From the NCBI GenBank assembly GCA_032718475.1, contig JAUCBJ010004811.1, forward strand, positions 1 to 40,974: a stretch of 40,974 bases of DNA, read 5' to 3'. Below, piece by piece: positions 10,528 through 22,334 of this stretch; position 1 is the stretch's first letter, and each line of letters starts with the position of its first letter. Source of the stretch: Nemertoderma westbladi. Lineage: Eukaryota; Animalia; Xenacoelomorpha. Made by a program: the position numbers and the translations under genes. The notes beneath the pieces are model-generated. The model did no database searches. It was given only the letters and a program-made list of their open reading frames with translations, and was not told the DNA's origin.

Positions 10528-11372
10528 CTCCCCATCACCTATGACATTTGCTAGATCATCCGCATCTTCAAGGCCAGTATCCTTTAAGATGCGTCCCAAG
10601 AAAGTCATGGGCTGTCCACCACGCTTATTCACTCCATCAGGCTGCCAAATCACAAGAATGTGCACTGGCTGGTCCTCACGGCAAAAATAATGTCCGGCAA
10701 AGCAGAGGCGATTTTGTTCTAGTGTCAAGCTTGGGGGAACCAATGAGACACCTCCAATGTTATATAGTGTCTGGTTGGAGATGTATGCATTGTACTTGAC
10801 ACAATTAACGCGGCGTAGCTTTCTTGTGAATGTGCCATCTAGAGATTTGGTGTCCTCAGCAGTTAGAGCCCAGCATGGACTCCCATAGAGGAATACTGGA
10901 ACTACTGATGCTCTAAATAATCGGACCTTAAGTTTCTGATTATTTTTCTGTGACTTCCAAATCCTGGAAAGCCTATTCAAGGCTGCCCATGCCCTTCCCT
11001 TACGTATTCGAAGGTCCTCACCTGACTTTCGGATCCATGATCCCAGGTAACAGAAGTCGTCCACATGCTCAAGCATACCATCCTTTGAGCTTATGCTCAT
11101 CCGGTCAGAGTGTTGCTGAGGACTTTCAAAGTTAACTGTCAAAATTTTGGTCTTTTTGGAGTTAATAAAAAGTCCAACACTAGAAGCAGCCTGTTCCAAT
11201 GAGCTGATGAGCCGTTGCCTCCTTCTAGTGATTCTGATAGTACTTCTAAGTTATCAGCAAAGTCTAGATCAGTTAGGTACTTGATGGATTTCCTCTATTT
11301 CTGGAGCCAGTAGGTGGAGTTACCATCACTCCATCTTCATTATGACGATCTAAGGACATGCGTAGAACATAG
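10528..11372 (-). mobile_element. RTE-type LINE reverse transcriptase 3' part, inactive
   Basis: DYVLR, DLDFADN (catalytic DD changed to DN), frameshift near 11215, VDDFCYLGS, RLCFAGH; homologous to 23083-23925. Confidence 0.92.
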
Positions 11373-13295
11373 TCAGGTCAGGTCAGGTCCCCAGATCCTG
11401 CTACCACTATGGCAGTAATGTGGTACTACCTGTAGCTGTCAGCCCAGTAGGGCAGGCCCGATAAGCATAGCCTATTCATTATTTAGTTGATCAAGAGTGG
11501 GTTGGTTCAGCCCCGTCAACTAAATAAGTCATTGAGGGCTATAGCGCCTAGGGCACCATTGAAGGCAAAGGCTTGATACGCATCTGCATTAGAGATGATA
11601 CAAGCCCCGCCCGGTCTATACTGGATGCTCCTCTACCAGTGTTAGGTAACCTAACCCAGGAGGCACACTTGGTTCAGGGTGTAACAAATGGACCCCTACA
11701 GTTGGCAGCAGGGCTGTAGGCCATGGATAGGCGGAAGGTATTCAACCAATGGCTAGACATGCTGACAAGGTCGGACATGCCAACGGCGACCTACTGCGAA
11801 GACGCTTGTAGGAGTTGCGACCACAAGCGGTTTACCCCCGCAACTGAAAGATATGAGTATGAGAACCCTCCAGGAGAAATACCGGCTCGGTCGTCGCCCG
11901 GGTCAACAAGGACCGCGTCCCTCAGTGGTACACCAGGCTGGGGTCGATAAATTGGCTACTGGAACAGAAGACAGAGAAGAAAGAAGAACCAACCTGTTGA
12001 AATGTAAAAAGACACTAAAGATTGCTACAATGAACGCACGCACGCTGAAAGCACAGAGCAAACAGGGTGACATGGTCGCTCTGGCAATGGAATATAACAT
12101 CGACATCATCTGCATCCAAGAACATCGGATTTGTCATGAAGACACTGCCATGAAGTACAATGACATTGGAAATGGATGGACGTTAGTAACAAGCTCAGCA
12201 GTAAGAAACTCGGCCAATGCATCAATTGGTGGAGTAGGAATTCTGCTAAGCCCATTTGCACTTAAGACCCTAAACAACATCGAATCTATAAATTCCAGGG
12301 TTATGATCGCAACATTTGATGGGAATCCCAAGACAACAGTTATATGTTGCTACAGTCCAACCAATGCATCAGAACCAGAACAAGCAGTCAAGTTTTATGA
12401 AGAACTGACTGGACTTATTAAGGACATCCCGAAACACAATGTTAAAGTCATTGCTGGTGACCCGAATGCGCAATTTGGCCCAGAAGACATCAAGGGTTAC
12501 ACCTATAACACCAGTTCTAACAGAAATGGGTACTTACTCTTAGACCTAATGGAAGAATGTGAATTGATACCAACAAACAACACATTCGAAAAGAGTAAGG
12601 GGAAACTATGGACCTTTCAATACCCTAATGGAACCAAAGCACAACTGGATTACATCCTTATAAACAAAAAGTGGAGAAATAGCATGATCAACTGCGAGGC
12701 ATACAGCTCGTTCAACCTAATTGTTTCGGACCACAGAATTGTGACTGCAGAGATCAGACTCAGTTTGAGAGCCAGCAAACCCAGGACAAGCAAGCAAATC
12801 AACTATGACTGGGAGAAACTCAGAACTGACAATGCTGTAAAGGATGCTTATACAGTAGAAGTTCAAAACCGCTTTGAAGCACTTCAGTCAATGGATGACG
12901 ACCAATCCACCGATTCAATATACCAGAATATAATAACAGCCCACAAGGAATCAGCTAAGAGGCATATCCCCCAGAAACCTAAACGAAAACAGTATGTGCC
13001 ATGGCAAAACTCTGAGGTTACTTGTAAGAGAGAAGATCTTAAGATAGCCTACAAAGTTAAAACCGAACAACCAACAACCGAAAACATTAACAAGGTTGAG
13101 AAAGCTAAGGACGATCTTAAATTGGCCTACAACATCAGCCAGGAAAAGTACATACAGGATAAAACTGAAGCAATTACAACTGCTCACATACAGCAACAAT
13201 CAAGACTTACCTGGCAAACTGTAAATGAGGTATCTGGTTGGAATAGTTGTGCAAAGGGACGTCCTGAAGAACGTGTTGGGAAGTGGAAAAATCAC
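11373..13295 (+). mobile_element. RTE-type LINE 5' part: (TCAGG)n start, ~480-bp 5' UTR and APE endonuclease ORF (11853-13295), truncated before RT
   Basis: APE motifs IATMNARTL, DIICIQEHR, GGVGILL, CYSPT, IAGDPNAQ, QLDYILIN, SDH; frame runs into unrelated sequence after KWKNH. Confidence 0.92.
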
Positions 13296-14197
13296 AGTGT
13301 GGGGGGGGGGGGGAGAAGCAAGAGGTAGAGTGAGGGACGAGGAGGTCCGAGAGTATGGAAGAGTTAGGGTGAAAGTGGAGCGGAGTTAGCGGTGAAAGTG
13401 TTGGGGAAACAAAAGTCTTGTGAGAGGAAGTCACGATCGGCCCGACACGGGACGCCAGGAAAACGGGGTAGCGATATCATACCCATAGGGACCCATCCTG
13501 GAAAGCCGGCTCCGAAGAAAATAATTCCACCCCACACCCGATGGTAGATCGGGATCCAGCGGAATTGTAGCGCACTAAAGGTGGATGCTATCTTCTCACC
13601 GGGAAGATAGCATGGGGGGGAGTGTGAACGTATTCAATTCCGCCTCACCAACCCCCAAAGTGGGAAAGAGCGCCTATAAGCAATATTGGGAAGCACGAGG
13701 TTGATTGCCAATCAACCTCGTACCACCCCCAATAAGCGGGGACGACAAACCCCAAAGGGCCTCAGACAATAGAGGTTAGAGGTCAAGGAGAGAGAGTAAC
13801 AGCAGCGGGGGGGGGGGGGGGGGGGGGAAACACTCCCACAAAGTTCAGGACGAGAAGTGTCGAGATATCAGCCAATGGGGGGCAGGCATCCGCTGAGTAA
13901 TGTAATACGGCCAACCGGTGCAATATATATTACCAGTAATTGTGTCACTTATTCATTCTAGTTAGTCAGTACAGTCATGGCAGTACGATGACAATTTAAG
14001 ACCGTCACCGCCGTCACCTGTATATTACCTTATTATCTCAGTTATCTACTGTGCTATCTCTGTATCACCCATATCACTTATTATCTCAACGTATTTCAGA
14101 GTTTGACAACGACATCGGAATAACACAAACTCCTTTTCACTTACACGGCGGGGACGCGTGCATAAACCACCGGTCGGGATCCTCCAATCCTGTCAAA
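13296..14197 (+). mobile_element. LTR retrotransposon 3' end: 3' non-coding region, PPT and ~575-bp LTR (13623-14197)
   Basis: GGGGGGGAG immediately before TGTGAACG; homologous to 22335-22749 plus 24024-24604; end TGTCAAA aligns with CGTCACA of the second copy. Confidence 0.7.
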
Positions 14198-14698
14198 CCG
14201 CTAAGGGCAGTCCTTGTCCCCAGGCCTAGCGGGTTACCAGCTACCGAAGTAGAAGGCGGTTGTCTAGGCCTAAATAAGTATCAGGCAACCCTGACACATA
14301 AAGTACTGCTTGATTTTACCTCCCACCCTTGGCCCTTAAATATCTGATATGAGTCCCGTGTCCCGTAAGTCGCCCCAATATTCGCCCATAAATCGCCCCC
14401 AGTCTATTGAATATACCCAAATTTTATGTTCCTGCACCCAGTACTGATATTGGAATATTCATAACAAATAAATCCAAAAAATATTTAACTCACGTTATGA
14501 AAAATTGAAATACTGCGAACAGTCCCCCCCAATGACCTTTGTGAGGTCTATCTGTAGATCGAGTTTGCGTAGGTCATTTCCCCATAAAAAACCTAATTTT
14601 TTACTCTTGCATAGTCTTGATTAATTTGTCCTAGAGTTAGTTTACATAGATATAAAAATAAATGTTCGAAATAAATGTCTATATAATGTCCTGGTCTT

Positions 14699-16390
14699 CT
14701 ATTTCCTGCTCTGATACGCTTTTCTTTTCTTCGCCTGTCTACTCTCATTGATCGCCAGTGTGGGTAGAGGAGCATCGTTGTCCGCCGTGAGCATTGCCGC
14801 AGCTTGCCTCCGGGCAGCCCTTCCTCGTGAAGGTAGCGGGATGATATCCATTCGTCTCTCCAACTCGGTGTTACGAGCCACTTTGAACCACTCTCCATCT
14901 CCAAATGCTTCCTTGTATGAGTATAGACGTCTGATTATTTCGAAGGGACCAAATAAACCAGTGCTAATCGGGGGCTCGCGGTATGCCCACGGAAACCGCA
15001 CTTTGTATAGAGGTTATAGAGTGTTGGACAAACCGCTACGTCATGGCCCGATATAGCGCAATAGGGACAATAGAGTATCCAAAGGATCTGGAAGCACGGT
15101 TCAGTAACCTGTTGTTTCTTTCCGCATGGACATTGATCCGAACCGCAGTTACCACAAACGTCGAGTTGCGAAAAAGATCGGGATCGGTATGCCGGCGTAG
15201 TACTCCAGTCGTCTCGGCAGTTGCAAAAAAGATTGGGATCGGTACGCCGGCGTAGTACTCCAGTCGTCTATCTCTTTTCGGGATAGTCATAGTAACCGGG
15301 AGCCCACGGAACACTGTGCTGTCGCGGAGTATGATCTTGCTACGGTATCCTTCTTTGTAGTCCGCTGGTCGCATCCCGGGCGACCGTTTCTGACGGTGGA
15401 TCCACTCCATTTGTTCCGCGTACCACCGAGTGAGTCTCATCGGATCTTGTGGAACGGAGGGTGCCATTGCCACAGCCGGTTGGCGAAGGGGTGCCGGGGC
15501 GTTCGCCGAAGGAATCCCGAGGAGGTCTCCAGGGGTTGGAGCTATACTAGGACCCTTCGCAACCTGGATAGCTGAGCGGGTCCGCTGGGTACTGGTACTT
15601 GGGATTTCCAACGACCAATCTTCTCCCCCCGGGAATGGATATGGAGACAACCTCTGGCACGTGTCGCCGAAGTCGCTAAGCGCGAAGGTGGTGACTAATT
15701 CTCTCGCCGGACTACCAGAGTCAAGCGGAGTAGTTACGCCGGCTTCCGTCGCAGGTTCAGCCTCGGCGATACGCTTGGTGGCTGGTCCATAAGCGACTTC
15801 CTGCTCGAGTAGACGTTTAGGTGTGGATAGCAAGACACCTTCTTGTTTCCATAATTCCTCCCCTTCCAACGACATCAAGGGTTCCTCTGCGCCCAGGAGA
15901 TCGGCAATCGTTGGGATATCGAAAGGTTCGTTTGTATCCCAGGATTCAATAACGTTGTGCGTCTTAGTATCTCCTGGTGGGATATTTATCACCGCCTTGA
16001 ATGCGTGGTCGATTACCTTGATCCGTTCATAATCAATGAGTTCTCGCCTCCTGTTTGGCCTTCTGCTGTGCGAACAGTTCTCACAACTCGGTACCTACAC
16101 TCGCCCCACTTTCGTCAATCATTCGCATCCCCTTCTCGGCGATTTCATTCGCCTTCCTAGTTCGTTCTTCGCTCACTAAGTTTAGTCTCGCACTTTCCAA
16201 TTGCGCCAATTTGCGTTGTTCTTCTTCCCTCGCAAGTCTCGCTGCGCTCTCTTCTTCCAGTCACGCCTTTTCTTCATACAATGCGTGTCTTCTTTTCTCG
16301 ATCTCGAGTTCGCGTTCCTTGCGCTCGCGTCGAGTTGAAGCTTGCGTCCTTCTGTTTGCTTTCTCCGGTTATAGGTGAGTCGACGGCAAC
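14699..16390 (-). pseudogene. Decayed long ORF of unknown function (charged coiled-coil N-terminus, Pro-rich middle, basic C-terminus), probably retroelement cargo
   Basis: Segments ~16380-16040 (RRERKERELEIEKRRH...; two in-frame TGA), 15992-15036 and 15001-14699 lie on the same strand and join through frameshifts. Confidence 0.55.
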
Positions 16391-16419
16391 CAGAATTCCT
16401 ATACCCGGTCCAGCTATTA

Positions 16420-17465
16420 TGAGTACTCGGATCGCTAAACCGTTTTCTACATATCGCACACCAGTTGGTATTAGTGCTTCACCCATCGCGCAGGATCCGC
16501 GCCATCATGACGGCGCACCGCGACGCAACTATTATCGGGACGAGAAGGAGTTTATAGAAGAATCTCCTAGAGGCCGAGTATTGGGCGAACCGAAACCGCA
16601 AGTTGGAATACGCGGATGGATCGCCGACCCAGTTCGACGAAGAACTTCCTGGTTAAACCGGAAGAGGGATCATATGAGAGACACTGTGGATTACCCAAAT
16701 AGAGCCGACAATTCAGCAGAACCCTAGCCAGGAGTTTATTACGAGGGAGGAGTTAGGTGCCAGTTTAGCGCAAGTTATATCGCCGCACATCCAACCTATA
16801 ACAGACATGCTTAGTAACCTACAGTTAAAGGAAGCAGCACAGGCAAGAACTAATTCTAATCCTAGCAGGCCTGAACTAGATAGAGTCCAACCTGGCCAAC
16901 GAGTACACATATCGGAGGCAACAATACCACAAAGTCCTCAGGTAAGAACGCCCATCCCTACGATCCATAATCCCGATTTCGAACACTCGGCGGAAAGATT
17001 TATACAAGAAGCTTGGGTCAGGGCCTCGGCGCATAAACCAACGCGAGTGCTGAGAACCGACACAGACTCGAGTGATGAAGAGGAAGAATTGAGACATCAG
17101 AAGTACCAAAACCGGAAGGAAAGAAGGACCGACACGGAGCAGGTAAGTATGAATCCCCGGGAAAGGACCAGACTTAACAATCCTGCAGAACTAAACAATT
17201 TGTTAACCCGGAATGACGCAACCCTTAGAGACATAGGTAAGTTTGCCGCTAGGCAAGGATTGCCGACGCAACAACCCCAGAAGTTTATGTGCAACCATAA
17301 GCATTGGAGGACGTTTAAAACCTATGTCGATGAACAGCTGACCAACAGCACCTTTACTCCCAACGAGAAGTTCAACTATTTACTGCAAATGCTCCATCGA
17401 GAACCTAGAGCCATTGCTGATAACTTCGTCGGCAATGAAAGAGCGTTTGAACTAGCTATGAATGC
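16420..17465 (+). mobile_element. BEL/Pao-type gag N-terminal fragment, frameshifted and truncated
   Basis: PQKFMCNHKHWRTFKTYVDEQLTNSTFTPNEKFNYLLQMLHREPR matches the BEL/Pao gag (DUF1759-type) pattern also seen at 35.7-35.9 kb. Confidence 0.7.
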
Positions 17466-17584
17466 TTTTTTGGGTAAATTGAAAACGGCTTTCATATTAG
17501 ATTCGGAATATCAAGTATATTTAAAAAAAATAAAATAAAATGGACACGTTTTAACAGTTGTAAACTGTTAAAACTATGTAAACC

Positions 17585-19240
17585 CTAAGGTCCCAAGGTC
17601 CACAGCTGGCCGTCGATATGTGGTCATGATCACAGATTTACTGAAAGCTTTTGTAGAGAAGGTCAACCTGGGGAATGTAGCCATGACCGCCATCATGACA
17701 GCACTGGCTCTGTTACTACAGAGTGCAGGTAACCCTTCAACAACAACCACCTATGCTGAAAGTCTCAGTGAGACACTTAATAGACGACTCGAACTCTGGA
17801 GCTCTGGTAATTTTAAGGAGCTGTTGCAGGCAAGGAAGAGGAAAAATGTTATGAATTTAAGTCCAGATGAGAAGCTCAGGAGAAGATTTATTAACAGTAT
17901 GGTTTCAGGCTGGGTTGCTACAGCAGTAAATATTCTGGAAAACAAATCTGGTGGTTCTGTCTTGGATCTAGATTCGTGTGTCGATGGTACACCCATTAGA
18001 CAGATACAGAAAGAAAAACACCCACCTGATGCACCTGTTGACCCATCCATGATTGAACATAATTGGGAAGGTGTTATCGATTTCCATCCAGTAATATTTA
18101 ACGGCATCAATGGTGACACAGTGCTCCAAGCAACACTCCGCACACATGGCTCAGCCGGCCCCTCTGGAGCCGATGCTGAGGCATGGCGGCGTATGTTGAC
18201 AGCTTTCGGGAACACATCGGTTGCCCTAAGGAATGCTGTTGCAGCAGCCGCCCGACGCATGGCGGTAGAATACCGGTTGTAATGGATGCATTCAATGCGT
18301 GCCGTCTGATACCACTGGACAAATCCCCTGGGGTATGTCCCATTGGAGTTGGGGAATGTTTGAGAAGAATTATAGGTAAATCAATTATGTCTTGTATTAA
18401 GGCCGACCTTGGGGTGCTAGGCGGCAACACGCAGCTGTGTCTTGGGCAACTCGCGGGGATCAAGCATGCCATACATTCGTTACGAGATTGCTATGATACA
18501 AATGACTGTGAAGCTATACTACTCCTAGATTCTACAAATGCCTTTACTGCCCTGAACAGATCATTAACACTGCATAATGTCCAGGTAATTTGCCCCCTTT
18601 GGCGACAGTTCTTATAAAGACCTACCGTAATCCAGTACGCATGTTTGTTGAGGGTGAAACAATTTGGTCATATGAAGGAACCACACAGGTGGACCCTTTG
18701 GCCCTCGCCATGTATGCCATAGGAATACTTCCAATGATCAAACGCCTAAATACAGCCACCCTACTCTGTGTTACTTCTACTAACAGTAATGAAGTGGGAT
18801 TTCAGTCGCCAGATAGCTCAGACAATCTTGTAAACTCCAAAATTCCAGTGCATATTGGCGATCTTATGGAGGTTACAGCAACGGATTTGCTTGTGCGTCA
18901 AAATAGAAGTGCGATTACAGAGAAATGGTATGCTGATGATGGAACGGCCATCGGGAAACTGACTAAGTTAAGGGATTATTGGGGCAAGATTTGTCAAATT
19001 GGCCCCAAATACGGTTATTATCCAAACAGCTCGAAATCAAAACTGATTGTCAAAGCTGAGTACAAACATGCCGCCGTATCATTATTTGAGGACACAGGGG
19101 TTCAAATTATAGAGGGCTACAGGGTCTTGGGTTCCGTTTTGGGTTCCCAACCAGTTTGTCTAGATTATATTAAGCAGCGGGTTACTAAACTCTGTGACTT
19201 GGTTGGCGATTTAGCAAAAATATCACAATGCATGTTCATT
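17585..19240 (+). mobile_element. Degenerate CRE-like non-LTR retrotransposon RT region (two frameshifts, 3' truncated)
   Basis: GSAGPSG, RLIPLDKSPGVCPIGVGECLRRII, LLLDSTNAF, EGTTQVDPLALAMYA, WYADDG, GPKYGYYPNSSKS across ORFs 17620-18282, 18183-18617 and 18590-19270. Confidence 0.85.
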
Positions 19241-20799
19241 GAATGGTCCGTGGAATACTGCCGAGGTTGATCTCAGGCTCCGGAGAAGGATTACAAGGAG
19301 GTCGGAGTTGATAGTGGCGGAGTCGAAGATGAGGAAGGAGAGGAGGAATACTAGATGAAACCTTTACAAACTCTATTGTAAACTGTAGCGAAATAATAAA
19401 AAAATAAAAATTCTGCGGTAAACATTCGCGCAATTTCAGACGTAAATCGTTATAGTTCTGATGATTTTATTATCTAGAATATTAATTTCAAGCTTTTAAT
19501 TAATTTAATTAACTTTAGTAATTATTATTGATGGTCTATTATTTTTTATGATATTTTATTATTATATTATTTTATTTTATTATTACATATATTTTTATTA
19601 TTATTTTATATATATTCTATTACTTATTATCGAAAAAAAGCGAATTAATATTCTAGAATATAGTAAAAAAAACATTGAAATTATGTTGATGCATCTCATA
19701 AAATGTGTGCCTTTGATGTATTTTGTCTGTAAGATTTTTTTACCATTAATAAGTGTAGGGTCTACTGTAGCAGTTACCGGTAAATAACTATTACAGTATA
19801 TCAGTAGACTTTTTAATGGCGTTTTATAACGAATTAAACAAATTCGACCTGGAAGCCTAAGAAACGGTGTGAAAATATCACCATACACACGTACGATATA
19901 ATAAAAAGGCCACATGCTTTATTGTATGTATTGGTACTGTACTGTAGGCCAGCTGAGATAAATAATGACAACATAAAACTACTGTAATAACTTTGGGAAA
20001 TGAGTACTACTGTTCAGGGGCTAAAACTACGGGTGTGGGGGGGGGGGGGGTGCCTACATACTATAAGTATGCCTACATACTGTAGTTCCTTAAGTTAATA
20101 ATAATAATAATAATGCATTTGTATAGCACCAAATTTACAACAATAGAAGTACGCTAAGGTGCTTACGTCACAAGCAATATAACATTAAAACTGGCAGTGC
20201 AAGTAGTACAGAAATTAAAAATTATAGTCGTCACTAACGCTAAAACGCGCAGTTCAAAGTGACTGAAAGTTATTACAATCGTTAAAAAGTGGAACATACA
20301 GTACAAATTGATATATATACTCGCCGTAAATGAAACGTACAGTAAAAAATATGTAATAAAAAAAAATTAATTAGCATAGTTAAAAAGTGTAGTTGACGGA
20401 CGTACTGAAACAATAAAAACGAGCGATGGGGTAATAAAATGAACAGAAACACTAAAAAACGTCCAACTGGTCCAACGTAAAAAATACAGTAGTTTTATGT
20501 TGTCATTATTTATCTCACCTAGCCTACAGTACATTAGCTTTGCATTATTACAGTATATCAAGCATGTTGGTAAAGGGAACAGGTTTACATACCAAAATAA
20601 TGGGGAACCAAAATAATAAACGGGAGTTAAGAAGTACTGGGCAACCTATTAAATATATAGTAAAAGTACGTGGGACTACTGGCTGACTGGTAACAAGGGG
20701 GAAATCTACTAACTAATAACACTTTATGTTCGATTATTTACCTAATTGTGATTGGCCAGTATTACAGTATGTACGGTACTCTAATTGAGAATGCTTTGC

Positions 20800-20962
20800 A
20801 CGTGTATCGCATGCGTCACGAATGGACCTGGAATAATTTTAAGCGTGGTGCGGCTAAGCATTCGTATCGCATTTGCCACGAACAAATGAACCACGAATTA
20901 TTTTTGTGTGGAGTGGAAGCATTCGTATCGCATGTGCCACGAATGATGAGCCACGAATATAT
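20800..20962. repeat. Three ~60-bp degenerate tandem units
   Basis: GCATTCGTATCGCAT-TGCCACGAA recurs at ~20804, 20858 and 20919. Confidence 0.7.
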
Positions 20963-21010
20963 TTACAAGTGAAATCTCACATTCGTTAAATTATTCGGAC
21001 TGACGAACCA

Positions 21011-21967
21011 TTGACGAAGGCTTCACGAATCGTAAATAACATTGCACGCACCTTTTACGAATGTGGCATGAATGCGTTACACATGGGGACTTTTTACTGG
21101 GGGATAGTGTTTGGGGAAACAATGCCAAGGGTGGAGGAGGACATCGACATGGGTAGGGATCACAGCGTCCAGATGTTTGCCTACCAGCGGCTCCATGGAC
21201 CCAGGATGCCACGCGGAGCCAAGGACGACTTGGGGTGGGACACATTGGTACACGGTTGTGATTACTGTGGGAGACTAACCCACCAGCAAAAGAACTGTCT
21301 GTACCGTTTCCAGAAGGGGACGGCGTCGGCGTGTCTCTACTGCCGCGAGTCGACCCATAGGATGGGTGCATGTCCGAGGTTGCACAACCGATGCTCAAAG
21401 TGCAACTTTCGTGGGCACTTTGAGTGCCAGTGCGATTGGATGGACGACGAGGAGAAGTTCCGGATCTTCAAGGAGTGGGCCGACGTCGGAGTCATGACAC
21501 GACAAAGGATGAAGGCCCAAGAGTTCCGATGGGGCTTCTTTAACATGAACGTGGAAGCCCACCAGGAGATCACCAAAAGGAGACTGCCATTCACATATCA
21601 GGAGGTAGCGACAGCGGCATCGTATGGAGGAGTTATTAACACTCAGAGATAACGAGACAGAGGGTCGCCGGAAAATAAGATCAAATTCAGGGACTTTCTG
21701 GGGGAGCACGTGCCGCGGGTGATGAAAATGATCTTGTGGGACGCTACCAGAGGGAAACAGGAGGGACACACAGTGGGACCACCTGCAAAGCGATACCAGG
21801 AATTGTTAACACCTGCGCCCAAAGAACCAACCGTGGGGCTTAGTAAGACGGTATCGGAGAGGATGAGGAGCCTCAAGGATAAACAGGAGGGAAGGAAACG
21901 GCCCAGGCAAGATGACGATAGGGGCAAGGAACTCAGATGGTTCCCAAAGATGGGAGGAGCAAATTAG
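21011..21967 (+). pseudogene. Triple CCHC zinc-knuckle ORF with one in-frame TAA (21650-21652), in the internal region of an LTR element
   Basis: CDYCGRLTHQQKNC, CLYCRESTHRMGAC, CSKCNFRGHFECQC; ORF 21710-21967 is in the same frame. Confidence 0.75.
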
Positions 21968-22334
21968 AACTCAGGAAGAGGGGTGTGGATGTGCCTGGAA
22001 GGCACCTTATGAAGAGAACAGTACAAACTCCTAAGTGCAATTAATTAAGTGCAATTAGTATGTACTTACGTAAAATAACTAATGAATAGCAAATATATAA
22101 TCAATGTAAGTACTATAGTCATATATAACCTTTTCCAACTAGCTACTGGGACCGGGGACCAATTGACTAAACTAGGAGGTCGAGACATTAGACGAATCTC
22201 ACCGACATGGTGCACACATGCGTGGGACTTAAGAATGCGGAGAATGATAATAGACACGGGTTGAGTGTACCGAAATGGGGAAAATATGGGGAGGAGGTGT
22301 TGGAATTGGGGAAGAGGAGGTAATGCGAGATTCA

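Noticed and set aside
11204-11212. Hammerhead core CTGATGAG
   Set aside because: Lies in antisense RT coding sequence with no stem II and GAAA partner
19548-19915. ORFs rich in Y/I/F
   Set aside because: AT-rich low-complexity DNA
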